Shown here piece by piece: positions 45,030 through 57,268 of a stretch of DNA of 64,000 nt. The stretch's first letter is position 1. Each line of letters begins with the position of its first letter. Made by a program: the position numbers and the translations under genes. This DNA is from Mayamaea pseudoterrestris. Its lineage: Eukaryota. Below the pieces are notes generated by a model that had not been told where the DNA came from, made no database searches, and saw nothing but the letters and a program-made list of their open reading frames with translations. The stretch is taken from positions 2,604,001 to 2,668,000 of the forward strand of contig BROI01000002.1 of NCBI GenBank assembly GCA_027923505.1. The letters run 5' to 3'.

Positions 45030-45910
45030 ACAAGTAAAAGTTAAGTAGACAGTAACGTTTGTTACACAAAGGCAAAACTACTATACAAAAGTGTTCATTA
45101 AAATGTTTAAAGAGCTCAGCTTCCTCGGCCACCTTCTCACAAGGGGTTCAGCGCTAAAAATAGGTCGATTGAGAAGGTCTTTCGACAACTGATCGCGGAG
45201 ACGTACATGCCCGACTGTGTTGAAAGTCGTCAGTGGTACTTGTATCATGTTGAGCGTGCCGTATACGTTGGTTTCGTGGTGTTGGAGGAACACGAAATTC
45301 GTCGTGAGATTGGACAGCATCTTTACTGGTATCAATGCGCGATGGAGCAAGGTCTCGAAACTTCATTCTTTGACCCTTTTGTTCATTCACGGCGTATGTT
45401 GAGGCTGACCTTGTTGCGACGACTGCGGCATGAAGCGCTCCATGCGCGACAATGGCTGTGCCATCACCTGTCTCAGGAAGCGCCATCGTACACGTCCAAG
45501 TTCGCGTTAAAAAATGACATGCAGTTGAATTCATATATACTTAGATGTGGATGACTTGACGATGCATGACTCAACGCTTCCGTTCCAATGGAGGGGACGG
45601 ATTACATGCATAGTTGCCTTCGCTAAGCTCGTCGTTGGAGCATTGCTTGGAGCAGCGTCGTCATGGCGCGCGCATCCGTTTCGGTTTCAACCGCTGCGAT
45701 TCACACTGCGACATGATGACGTTTCATTCTTGACGACTGACGCATCGCCTTTTTGTGTTGGCTCATCGCTCGCCGTCGTTTCTTTCACCATGACTCTCTG
45801 GATGCTTCGTGGCGAAACCAGGAATTGTTGATCTTACTTAATAGAATCAGCTCGTAAAGTAAGGAGCATTGTCGAGAGCTAAAAAGAGAACGGCCTCCAA
45901 CTCTGCTACA

Positions 45911-47023
45911 ATGAGTCAAATACGAATGCCAATCATAATCATGCTCTCATTCGTTGCGACAGGCTTTGCTTGGCTGCCACTGACACCCATAAAAAGCAAA
46001 GCAGGTTTACAAACGCAATCAAGGCTATACAACGTACCACCTCCAGCCGAAGCCGACATTGATTCGTTCCAGGAATACGCATCCCGACAGTCACCCCCGG
46101 CATCCTTCTTTGAGCTCCAGCAGGATTGCATTCGATCGGCCCGTCTCGCCCGTCGTGACGGTCATAAACTGATCGAGGTGGAATTTCCTCCGCTCCCTGC
46201 GAATGTATTGGAAATGGACGACGTGAGTGCTTATGATGTGGCCGAGGCCAATCTAAATTTGGCACTTGAATTTGCCAAGGGTATGCTTGTGGCGGAGCAA
46301 GGTGCGATCAACAAGGTTGCAATCTTGCTGCCTGATGATGCCGAGGCAGACTTTGCGATTGGCAAGGCGGGTTCTGCCAATCCACAACCAGGCGTTGAAA
46401 TTAGCTCACTGAGACGAAGTGATCCAAATGATGATCGTATCTTTAAACCAGAGCAACTTTTACTTAACTTGTTTGGGACCAAGAACGGAATTGTTCAGCC
46501 TCTGCCTGGAGTCGACATGTACATTATTCTTGTTGCGTCTGCTCAAGAACTTCCTGATATTGAAGAACTCCATTTGAACGACCCGGACAAAACCATTGTT
46601 TTCTACAATCTCAAGCTGGATATATTGCGCGGCGACCTCGGCAACCCTGCTTTTCCCGGTAAAGACTTGCAGGATCGCTTTCTATCGCGGGTCAAACCTA
46701 TATACTACTTGCGCACACGCCAGTATAGTCGATCGACGACAAGGCCTCCGTTCATGGTAAACTTTCAGGGCTGCCTCTTCCGAGCCTACCCCGGCCAGTT
46801 CCAGACTCTGTTAGACACTGGCAATGGACGTTACCGACGCGTCCTGGCCAGTTCTACGCGACCACCGCTAGGAACATTCAAGCAGCAATTGATTGACGAT
46901 TTGAAGAAGCAAGGCGTCATTGAAGAGGAGGGATCAACACTAAATTTTCTGCGGACCGGGTACAAGACTTCAACTTGGTGGGAGGATGAGCGACCCGAGG
47001 CAAGCGATGGTTGGATGACTTAA
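45911..47023 (+). CDS. LPA3: Plastid DUF1995 protein, LPA3-like
   Basis: Presequence GFA-WLP, then IEVEFPPLP, NLKLDILRGDLG.PAFP.KDL..RFL, YLRTRQYS, LFRAYPG and FLRTGYKTSTWWE. Confidence 0.8.
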   Translation: MSQIRMPIIIMLSFVATGFAWLPLTPIKSKAGLQTQSRLYNVPPPAEADIDSFQEYASRQSPPASFFELQQDCIRSARLARRDGHKLIEVEFPPLPANVLEMDDVSAYDVAEANLNLALEFAKGMLVAEQGAINKVAILLPDDAEADFAIGKAGSANPQPGVEISSLRRSDPNDDRIFKPEQLLLNLFGTKNGIVQPLPGVDMYIILVASAQELPDIEELHLNDPDKTIVFYNLKLDILRGDLGNPAFPGKDLQDRFLSRVKPIYYLRTRQYSRSTTRPPFMVNFQGCLFRAYPGQFQTLLDTGNGRYRRVLASSTRPPLGTFKQQLIDDLKKQGVIEEEGSTLNFLRTGYKTSTWWEDERPEASDGWMT

Positions 47024-47080
47024 CCTGTAGCCAGATGTACCACAGACTACAGTGCTAAAACGATATACTGCTTTAGCTTG

Positions 47081-47854
47081 CTACTTTCTTCTTTTACGAT
47101 AAGATAAGTCGGCCGTATCTTGGCCCACGCCATGTCCTGTAAAGGTGCCAACAATCAGTCGACGCCCCTTCCATCCTCGGCTCGCCGTATCAATCACAAC
47201 TCCTCTTCTTAGTCGAGGCTGTGATCCAAAAGCATTCAAGTGAAGATCAGCATGAAAAAGAAGCGTCGAGTTGAGTTGACACGTCAAGCCAGTTGGCGTT
47301 AATTGCCAATGTCCGATTGAAAAATGTCTACTGCTCTTGGCGGACGTCGCGCGAAAATAGCCATTTTCCGCAAAGTCAATGTAAAGGTTTGGTGGTAAAT
47401 GCATTGTATCGTTTCGCCATTCAATTTTAAGTTCCCATTGGTCAGTCCGAAGAGGATGAGGTGAAGACAGTTGCTGGTTGCTGCTGTCTCTATGTTCCGA
47501 TGGTATTCCTTTAACCTTGTTTCTTGGAGGCCCAAAGAGCCAAACAAGATCCCGTCGTTTTCGACTGTTAAACTGCGCATCGTCTTGGGAACAATTTTCT
47601 GCTTCTTGTTCATCCTTCTCTTCCCAGACAATATTTGGCGCCTTGTTGGATCGAAATGGCCATGGCGTCGTTCTGCGAAGTATCAGAGCCAGAACGAGAA
47701 ATATCAATTGCTTTTGGAAAGAAACCTTCCGGCTGTGATTTCTATAAAATACATTGTTGGTCATTTGGCTGCACAATGGGCTGTGAATGGCGCTTGCGAC
47801 GAGGACGCGAAATTGATGATGTCGCGTCAGAATCGCATAGGTACTCATATCCAA
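47081..47854 (-). CDS. Hypothetical protein (start uncertain, possibly 47764)
   Basis: 257-aa ORF with a hydrophobic stretch (LIFLVLALIL) and a beta-rich C-terminal region. Confidence 0.5.
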   Translation of the reverse strand: MDMSTYAILTRHHQFRVLVASAIHSPLCSQMTNNVFYRNHSRKVSFQKQLIFLVLALILRRTTPWPFRSNKAPNIVWEEKDEQEAENCSQDDAQFNSRKRRDLVWLFGPPRNKVKGIPSEHRDSSNQQLSSPHPLRTDQWELKIEWRNDTMHLPPNLYIDFAENGYFRATSAKSSRHFSIGHWQLTPTGLTCQLNSTLLFHADLHLNAFGSQPRLRRGVVIDTASRGWKGRRLIVGTFTGHGVGQDTADLSYRKRRK

Positions 47855-47963
47855 CGCCGCGCCGTCTCGCGCTCGCCCATCCCATGATCACACAAACGTC
47901 CGTCAAACATTCACCCTTGTCTTTGCCAACCTTTGCATATTCACCATATCGAGACTACCAAAC

Positions 47964-49767
47964 ATGAATCAAGCTCTATTGGATGCCATCGATGCTATGA
48001 ACTCTGGTAGAAACGCCTTTGATGTCACCATCATCTGCACAACGGACGATCATCAAGCGGCTTACTGGATGGACCGCCTTCGATCCGGTCTTTTGGCTCC
48101 AAAGGATAGTTCCTCCTTGTTTCCCATGGTACTTGCTGTATCGGAGGATTGGAACTCTGCTGGAGGCGCTGGGAACGGTCTTGGAACTCTCTACGCCTTT
48201 CAAAAGGCTAGTGCGTTGGCGAAGAAGGATTTCAATGTTGACCTTTGGGATTGTTTGCTCAAGGGCGAAATCTCGGCGGCCTTGTACCATACGGCAGGCA
48301 AGGGAACGCGCATGGCGCCGCTTCCAGCGTCGGAGAACAACAACAAGCCTGGAGTGGTATGTACATGATTGATATTGTAGTTATTGTAGATGAAAAAGGC
48401 GTCTATCTCACGCGCATCTTTTAATTTCCTTAGAAACTTCCATTTCCTCTACTTACAAGCAGTTGCAGCTCTGAAACCAATGCTCTGCGACTTACCAGCG
48501 TATTGGAGGCAGTTGTCAAGCAGACTGGAATCTATGCTACGGTTCGCAAGGGTCGGTAAGTATTTACACTTTGCATTGTTCTTATCTTGATGTCCAAACC
48601 TTCGCAAAGATTTGCTTAATCCACTCTACCTTTTGTCTGCACATCTACGGCAGATTGTCGGTATTCTGGGGTGATCAAGTGTTTTTGCCGTCCGCTCCAT
48701 TCGACGCGGATCCGACGCACCACGTGGACATTTTGTGCACATTGACTGGAGATGACTTTCCATCTCCGCAGGAGTGGAAGGAGAAGGGTCTTGACAAGTA
48801 TGGGTGCATCGCATGCGTCGACAAGGGCAACGGTGGCAGACTTGAGGCTGCTCAGGTTGAAAAGGTGTCACACGAGACTGCTGTTCAAATGCTCTCAGGG
48901 TTGGGGACATTGAAGCAGGTTGGACCTTCACTCGGAAGTTTTTCTGTTAGTGCCCAGTTTCTCCTGGCTTTGTCCAAGGAGTTTAAAATGGAATTAACGG
49001 AAAAGACGGAAAAGTTTGACACGGATCCGCATTTCTGGATGCCACTCACTTTGAAACTTGACTCCTACGTCTCCATCATGGGTCAAAAAGGAATGAGTGC
49101 AGCGGAAGCTACTAGTCATCACGAGCGCGTTGGCAAAATGAAGGAATCTTTTGATTTGGGATCAATGGGGCTGTTTGGAGCCGTTGACGTTGGAAGCGAG
49201 GCTTGCTGGTGGGATTATGGCATGCTCAAGCTTTATTCCCAAAACTCGCTGCTTTTGTTGGAGGATACACCGTCTGCAGACTTGCTGCGCAAATTCCTGA
49301 ACGTTTTGAGCAAGCAGCTGCAAGCTAATGTCGGCTCGGTTCAAGTGGATGACGCAAGTTACCTCTTTGGTGTAAATGCTAAGTCTGGTTCGGTGACCAA
49401 GTCGATTGTTGCCAACGTGACGGCCGAGGATGTGGAAATTGATGGTGCGATTGTCGTCAATTGTGCAGCCAAGAAGATTAAGGCTGGTCCCGGTGCTATC
49501 TTGTACAACATGATTGCAGGCGAGTCGGGCGAAATTACTGCTGGTGACGGCGAGATTCAAGTGTCTGTGACTGACGAAGCAGGAACGTCCACGACGCTTA
49601 AGAGCCGCATGGATATTGACGGTGGTAATGCTTGGAAGGAGAAACTAGATATGAATGAATTTTCGTTTGAAGACATTCACAAGCGAAACAGAAATGCCGC
49701 AATTACGGAGATTTCCAAGAAACGCGACGAACAATTTGCAAAAGTGGCTAAAACTCTTGGTTATTAA
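47964..49767 (+). CDS. Uncharacterised nucleotidyltransferase-like protein (~542 aa); introns 48357-48433 and 48556-48653
   Basis: GAGNGLGTLYA and HTAGKGTRMAPL (resembles the GxGTRxxP motif of sugar-phosphate nucleotidyltransferases), SVFWGDQ and WWDYG. Both GT-AG introns keep frame. Confidence 0.7.
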
Positions 49768-49898
49768 ATAAAATATGAGCAGGCATAGTACGTTGATGGC
49801 AAAGATAACAACCGTTTTTAACTGTGTATGTATTGTTTTTCGCGACCGGAAGACATTGATGTTCCGGTAATCTTAATGGTCGAATATCGCACGTACGG

Positions 49899-51326
49899 TT
49901 AGTAAGCACCATCAATTCCGGCCATACTCTTGATAATCAGCTTGTAGCCATCGTCCAACTTCACCGACTTATCCATGATTGACGCAATGATATTGGGCAT
50001 GTCCGATTTAATGTCAAGGAAATCGGCCAAATAGATGAGCAAGTTGAAGTCGGCAAGTCGATCCGTAAAGGTCCAACCTGCAGAGCCTGACTTGCTCAGT
50101 GTCTTTTTCATTTCGTCGTGAGATGGATGCCGAGTATCAACCTCGCGGTTGAGGCGAGGAAAGTCGCATATAACCTTATCCGACGTGTGCTGCACAATGG
50201 GCACGACTGTAAGAAAGAAGTTGTTATCAACCGTCGGACTGGGCTTTCCTTCCTGAATCGCCGTAAACGTTTCATTCACAACACAGCATTTCGAATTAGG
50301 CCCGACTTGCAGAGCTTCCTCCGCCACCATGGCCATGCACTGCTGGCTAACTTGAAAGGCTTCCACCGAGACGTTACCATCCTGTCCCTTGGCAACCTTG
50401 ACGGTGACAAAGGGAGTCTCATTGACTCCATCAGCAGCTTCTAGTTGATACTCTGCCGCCATGATTACTTCCGATGAGGAAAGCACATGGCCTTCGTCTC
50501 GAACATCATTCTGACCAAAGATCCAACCTACTCGACGCCAGCCCAGCATTTCGGCAATGCGTTTAACAGTTTCTTCCTTTGGATCATCCAGTGGAATGAC
50601 ACCTTCAACAGAATCTGGATCAAACTCTTGCGGTGGCTCGTAAATTGCTTCGACGCGAACCTTGTTGGGTGTTGGCTCATCTGGATCGTCAGAGAAAAAT
50701 GTTCCATACAGAAATCCCATATGCTTGCGCTTAAACTGCAGCGTCTGCAAATATCCCTGAAATTCAGTCAATGAGGGCACTTCGACAGAAACTTGCTTGC
50801 AGATTGCATTCTCTTGTCGCTGTATCTTGAACTCAAACTGAGCGTCAAGCGCCATGAAATCATTGAGTGTCCATTGCATCTTCATGTCACGCAATGGCAT
50901 CATGCCTTTGCGAAAGCCGCGCTCTTTCTCCGAAGGCGTTTCATTAGATGGAACAAGCTTGATACGTCCATCCTTGTCAATGACGCGTCGCATATTGGTT
51001 GCCGTCGGTGCAGTTGCTAACGGTGTAGTTCCGTTTGCGAAAGCTTCCTGCATGGCATTGCTACCCGTTGCCCCGGAAATATCAAGGCAGGTTTCAGGAT
51101 CGACTCGGCAATGCACCATGGCTCCATGCGTTAGTCCTTGCTCCGACAGAGGTCGATCGGAAGCTAAATGTTGCTTGCAAGCTGGATCAAAGGAGAGCGG
51201 CTCAAGAAAGACAACGTGTGGCCGAGTCGTTTGCACGGCGCCCATTACGTCTGCAACGGTCGCCGTTCGATCGTCGAGATTCTCGATGCGCCAAATGCCA
51301 ACGTTGGAGCGGATTCGAAGAAGCAT
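49899..51326 (-). CDS. NPL4: NPL4 (p97/Cdc48 cofactor), plant-like form with N-terminal UBL and MPN-like domain
   Basis: MLLRIRS..G.WRI, GLTHGAMVH, GFLYG, VEAIYEPPQ, VGWIF, VEAFQVSQQC and RLADFNLLIYL. Confidence 0.9.
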   Translation of the reverse strand: MLLRIRSNVGIWRIENLDDRTATVADVMGAVQTTRPHVVFLEPLSFDPACKQHLASDRPLSEQGLTHGAMVHCRVDPETCLDISGATGSNAMQEAFANGTTPLATAPTATNMRRVIDKDGRIKLVPSNETPSEKERGFRKGMMPLRDMKMQWTLNDFMALDAQFEFKIQRQENAICKQVSVEVPSLTEFQGYLQTLQFKRKHMGFLYGTFFSDDPDEPTPNKVRVEAIYEPPQEFDPDSVEGVIPLDDPKEETVKRIAEMLGWRRVGWIFGQNDVRDEGHVLSSSEVIMAAEYQLEAADGVNETPFVTVKVAKGQDGNVSVEAFQVSQQCMAMVAEEALQVGPNSKCCVVNETFTAIQEGKPSPTVDNNFFLTVVPIVQHTSDKVICDFPRLNREVDTRHPSHDEMKKTLSKSGSAGWTFTDRLADFNLLIYLADFLDIKSDMPNIIASIMDKSVKLDDGYKLIIKSMAGIDGAY

Positions 51327-51672
51327 CTTTACAAGCAAGCGTTGCTACTATCGTAGGCAAGGAGTCCAGTGGATGGAATTTACGGAAGATGAGATTGAAC
51401 GCGAATGCGACGACTGCCATGGCGGTCGATGAGCGTCGCAGCTTTTTTGTCGTACTGGTTCTTACTACTTAAGCCCCAAATGGTTGGTGGATGCCGCTGC
51501 GCATTGACTGACGTTTCACGCCGCTGCTTTCTTCATCTGCCACCATGAAGATCCTGTCACATCATTCGTTCCGGCCAAAATCCAGGCTCATTCTTGACAC
51601 CATCAGCGCTTCTGAGTAGAAAGTCTATTCAGTACCATATAACAGAGTCGAATCTTATAGCCTGCTGCAAAA

Positions 51673-54600
51673 ATGAGGCTTTTGGAATCGAGGAGCGCGC
51701 TTGTGCTATTGGCGCTTGTCTTGCCGACGGCGACGGCCTTCCTTCCACCATCACTTGTTAATACAAACTCGCATCGACAAATATTTTCACCATCGGCTCT
51801 CGCAGAGCAAAAGCAGAGTAGTCCAGCATTTTCACTCGGCAATCTTTTTGGGGGAAGTGCAGCAAACCCGACGGCTCCAGGTTTGCGAGGAACATTGGAA
51901 CCTCATCCATCTGTCCGTCCGCATATTTCACCATTAAATCGATTGTCAAAAGATAAGCGACATACACACATCACATCCGAAGCGCTACCAGTACATCCAG
52001 ATGTTATTTCGGGTGTCTTGCCGAATGGACTTTCTTACGTGATTCTTCCAAACAAGTCGCCGCCTGGCAGGTTTGAAGCACATTTGCAAGTCTTTTCCGG
52101 ATCGGCCGACGAATTGGAGTCACAGCAAGGCATTGCTCACTTGACGGAGCATGTCGCATACATGGGAAGTCGCAAGAGAGAACGCTTGTTTGGAACTGGA
52201 AGTCAGGTATGTTGCGCCAACAGTGAAGGACTTACCAGCGCACATCATTTTGTGTCGTGCTTGATTCTGTAATGTGAGCTCACCTCAACTCCTTTCCACT
52301 CGATAGACGAATGCGTACACTGACTTTCAACATACTGTATTTTATGCTGCATGCCCTGTACAAACCCCGCGCGAAGGGACACCCATGCTTCCCATGGCAC
52401 TGGACGCTTTGGTTGACGTGATGGAAGCCCGCGTCGAAAAGGGTCGGTTGGAGAAAGAGAGGGCGGCCGTTCTCAGCGAGATGACAATGGTTAATACGAT
52501 TGAGTACAGAGTTGAATGCCAAATTTTGTCGACATTGCACCGTGAGAATCGACTAGCGAAACGTTTTCCTATTGGAAAGGAGGTTCTGATCCGCAACTGG
52601 CAATGTGAGGATGTGCGAACCTGGCATCGAACACATTACAGACCCGACAATGTGCTTTTGTATCTTGTCGGTGACATTGACCCTGCACAAGCAGAAAAGA
52701 CGATCGCTGAAAAGTTTGGACATGTTACTGCGGACAAGCAAGCAGTCGATATCAAAATACCGGAACTGAAAAAGCAAGCGAGTGCTTTAGCGGATGGAGT
52801 AGTTGCAAACAGTGTCAAGGCAGCTCAAAGCTGGCACTACCCTCCTGTGCGACATGATTGGAGTCTTGTAAAGAACAAAGATGTTGATCCCAATTTGTTG
52901 ATACCACCAAACTCGATCGATTACGACCTTCACCTGCAGAAACCTTACGACATGGATGAAAAGGTGGAGCTGTTAAATCAGGTTGAGTTGACGCCCGGAA
53001 AGTCGATTCGACCGCACATCTTCCGGCACGAGTTGCTCCAGGCATTCTCATTCCACTTATTCGCAAAGAGACCAGTCGAACAAATTGTTGATCTGGATTC
53101 GTTCCGCCGCTCGTTGGCGCGGCGAGTCGCACTCGCAGCCTTACAGATTCGCTTGAACGTCGGTGGCCGAAGCGATGATCCCGCGTTTACATTTGTGGAG
53201 TTCAATCAACTTGATTCGGCGAGAGAAGGCTGTGCTGTTTGTAGTCTCGACATGACTGCCGAACCAAAGCGATGGAAGGATGCCATTGGCAAGTCCCTGT
53301 CGGAAATCCGTAAGCTCGGTTTATATGGTGTCACGTTGGGAGAAATGGAGCGATATGCGTCGTCCCTCATGACGGACGCTGAACAACTTGCCGCCCAAGG
53401 GGATAGAATTGGCCACGGAGATCAATTGTCGTACCTCATGGAAACTGTTGCGAATGGTCACACTTTCATGTCGCCTATGCAATCATACCAAATGACTGTC
53501 AAAGCACTTTCTACCATGACACTAGAACAAGTGAACGAAGCCGCGTCAGAACTTTGCTCGCACATAACTTGTTTCAATAAGAACGAGGAAGCTATAAGTG
53601 GCCCTGCCATTGCTATTGCGTGTATGCCAAAAGGAATTGCCGCGGATGATGAAGGGTACTGTGACGCAGACTCATTAGTTCAAACGATCTATGATGCTTG
53701 CCAGATTGAAGTCGAACCCGAAAAAGACATTGTCGTTCCTTTTTCACTTATTCCCGAGGAAGAACTAGCTGAAGCTTTCGAGAAAAAAGAACCCGTTTGG
53801 AATTCTGGTACGTTCACGGACGGCACGCCAGATACAGCTCCTGATTCATTGACGCGGCCATTCACGCTAAGACGACTTGACAATGGTATCAGAATAGGAG
53901 TCGCCCAGAACCAAGCCGAATCGCAGCGTGGTCACCTGCGTTTGGTTGCTCCCGGCGGTCGAGATGCGGAGAGAAAATTGGGATTCCCGAATGGCAGTAT
54001 GTCAATCGGAGCGCGAACGATGCAAGAAGGTGGAGCTTTTGGTCCATGGACACGAGAACAGGTCGAACTCTTTTGCGTCGATCATTTAATCATGGTTGAG
54101 ATAGTCTGCAGCGAGGAAGCTTTAACATTCGACTTCGTGTTCCCAACTACGAATGTTGGCAATGTTGGTTTCGGCGACAATGTACAGCTGGGCATTACAG
54201 GAACTGAATCCGTTATGCAAATTGTTCGCGAAATCTTGGTCGGTTTCAAATGGGAGCAGGATGCACTTGGTCGCAGCAAGCAAAGCTTCCGCAGCGCTCA
54301 CGAGAGTCTCGATAAGAACCTCGAGGATCTGAGCAAGGAACTTGTTGCAGAGGCTATGACCCAACACGACAGTCGATTTCTCTCCATCGACGTTGACGCG
54401 GTGAACAGTATCACTCTGGACGAAGCCAAGAAAGCAGTCATGTCTCAATTACAACCCGAAAACCTGGAAATCTCAGTGTCCGGGGACTTTGATGTTGTTG
54501 AAGTTTTGGAAATGATTTACAAATTTCTGGGAACTATACCTGCGGAAACGAACGCGGAATTCAAAGTTGATCCTAGCGAAGTGCCTCCTTGGACGGGTCG

Positions 54601-55372
54601 TGTTCCACAACCGCCTAGTCCTGGTCGGCATTTAGATTTGGAGCTGCCCGACTCGGACCCACGAGCCGTCGCTTACGTTGCTGGTTCGGCCCCAAACGCC
54701 TGGGGTTATCTGTCGGACGGAACAACGGTTACCGAAAAGATTATTGAGACGGAGAAGCGAATGTCAGATTACGACAAAAAGCGTCGATCGCACCCTTTGT
54801 TTGCGCACGCATGTCTGGCGCTCGTGGGCGAAATTATTAATCGGCGGTTGTTTTCAAACGTCCGTGAGCGAAAACAACTCACGTACGATGCCAACTTTTC
54901 CTTTTCAAACTTTGAACGCTTAATGGGAGGCTGGTTCTTGGTAGTGGTGACCGCTTCCAAGGAAAAGGCGCAGCAGGCACTCGAAGCTTGCAAGGAGACG
55001 CTGCATGCATTGCCTAAGTCGCAACCCATCACACCCGACAATGTTGAGTCTGCCAAGCGTGTCGTATTAAACCGACACGAGGGCGAACTACGAACAACAT
55101 CCTACTGGACGCAGATCATGTCTGGTATCCAAGAAGAATCAATTCCATTAAAGGGCCCACTTTCCGTGACTGACTTTCACGCAGTGGTCGAGTCAATTAC
55201 TGCTCGCGATCTGCAGCTCACCATCAACTGTCTCGGACTCGCCGATGACAAGCTCTTCACTTGCATTGGAAAGACAGTGTTGCCCAAGGGTTCTGAACTA
55301 AAGGAAGAAGATCTGGTCCGAGCTGATGCGCCAGTGATTGGAATGCGACGAGGTGGTGCACTAAAAAATTAG
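51673..55372 (+). CDS. SPP: Stromal processing peptidase (M16 family), plastid-targeted; intron 52207-52306 (1199 aa)
   Basis: Presequence ATA-FLP, HLTEH inverted zincin motif, LFGTGSQ|TNAYTDFQHT, MVNTIEYRVECQ and NRLAKRFPIG. Confidence 0.92.
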
Positions 55373-55424
55373 GACGCTTTAAAATAATGTATTCCTTTAC
55401 CATTTAATTAAATCTCCCATCACT

Positions 55425-56015
55425 TTAGAAAAACATAGTAATGGTACCAAGTCCAGCGGATGCTCCAATTAATTGCCATGATGACTTTTCGGCAATTGTA
55501 TTCGTTAGATTCTCTGGGTAGTAGTCCCATATGAAATGACGCACACCAGCTCCGTAATGATACGAGGCTGTAAAAGTGACAGCAAACTTGGCTGCCGCCG
55601 TCATAAGCATGCCATGCGACGCAGTCCACTCCATGAGAGCAAGCCCATTGCCCGAGCCAAGCAACTCTGCCGCTCCAATTCCAAAACAGCCAACCGAGAG
55701 CAAGCAACCGGTAACGCGGTTGACAATACTAGTTAAAGCAGCCATGGGAAACGCGTAAACAGTCACGTGCGGACTGACTGGCATGCCCTTGTCCTTCATT
55801 CGTTCACTGTAGTTCTGTCGAAAGAATGTGAAAACAAGCTGTTAAATCTTTCCTCCACTTTTGCTCGAGAATGGCGACAGAAATATCCGTACCTGTTTCT
55901 TGAAATCTTCTCCGCTATCTTTGGAAATGATCGTCATGGATCTTCCGACGTTTAAGCGAACGGACCGCTGCGCGTAGGAGCGCAATGAGGGCGCTAGAGA
56001 CATGAGGGACGCCAT
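55425..56015 (-). CDS. SDH3: Succinate dehydrogenase cytochrome b560 subunit; intron 55815-55892
   Basis: Mitochondrial presequence, PVSPHVTVYAFP..ALTSIVNRVTG and YHYGAGVRHFIWD. Confidence 0.92.
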
Positions 56016-57268
56016 GGTGGTGGAGCGATCTTTTTGTGTGGGCGGCCGATGAACGCGAACGAGAATCCATTCGAAGAAAGTTAGCGTTCGGGACAAACTC
56101 AGTGTGGGTGAAAGAGTACGAAGGAATGACCCGGAGAGGTGCGACGCATCACCGCCACCATGACGATCACAACGCTGCAAATCGGCCTCGTTGCTTGGTA
56201 CAGGCTGTATTGATTCAGAGTGAGTATTTCTTGTATGAGTATAGCGCGCTTGTTTGAAAATCTGTGAAGCTCTTGGCCGCATCAATTGAATGAAAGGCAA
56301 CGTCAGCGCGTTGTCGCTTGTTGGTTGTTCCTTCGAGTTGCTGCCACCCTCCCACCATTCCCTGTCCCTTCTCACAATCTATGTCATCAATTGCAGAACA
56401 TGACCGATAGAATTATTAATCGCAATCCCTACTTGTACGGGCCAGGACCCATCAAACGAATCCCTTCGCGTCCGTTCTTTGGATACTTTGGCCGACTCCC
56501 ACCCATGGCAGGCTTCTCCCAGGAGTCGAAACAATTAAGGTTCAGGCCCTGCCAGTGTCCGTTTGTTTCGGTTGATCCTCATGGCTGGATATCTGTTAAT
56601 ATCCAGTATCTGTGAATACTCAAGTTACTTAAGCTACAGAAGCAAGCCGACGTTACTAACACGTCGGCAACGGTCCCCTTAAAGTAGCGGTAACAACTAA
56701 ATCAAATCATTCTATTGCAAAGTACACGCAATCGTCTCGTTCCCCTCTTCTTACCAAGTTAGCAGACTGATCATCTCCTACTTGACCAAGTACTCAAGGT
56801 AACTCGACACAAGTTGTTGTCAAGAGGTTGATGACCATCAAGTTCCGAGTTGATGTAATTGAGAGTGGGAAGAACTTCAACAGCATCGTGGACTATAATA
56901 AGTTTAACTAAAGTGAAGAAAACGCTAGCTTGTATGCTGCTGTACATTGTCGGTAGCCTATCTGAATGCCTCCATGCCGCAGGCTTTCCTCGTTCAGCTA
57001 CGTACCTTTCGTGAAGCGTCTGTCCCTCGCACGTTCGTTGTCCTCGACCGCGAAAGCGCGCCCTAAATTCCATCGCTCGTTCTCACGTCATGGCGATTTG
57101 CTTTTGCCGTCAGCAAAGACAATCATTGGTGCTGCAGTTGGTTGTTACATTAACTCTACAATGAGACGGTGAAACTACTAAAAAAGGCAGAAAAGAACAG
57201 TCGGCTACATTACACACATCACACCTCATTACGTACCTCTTGAGCCAAAGCATCCACTTGACAGAACA

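Noticed and set aside
45081..45831. Several overlapping 60-126 aa ORFs between TRAP1 and LPA3
   Set aside because: No recognisable motif or consistent gene model. A small or decayed gene cannot be excluded.
56036..57172. Small ORFs between SDH3 and MMADHC (e.g. 56400-56615)
   Set aside because: No recognisable domain or supported splice model.
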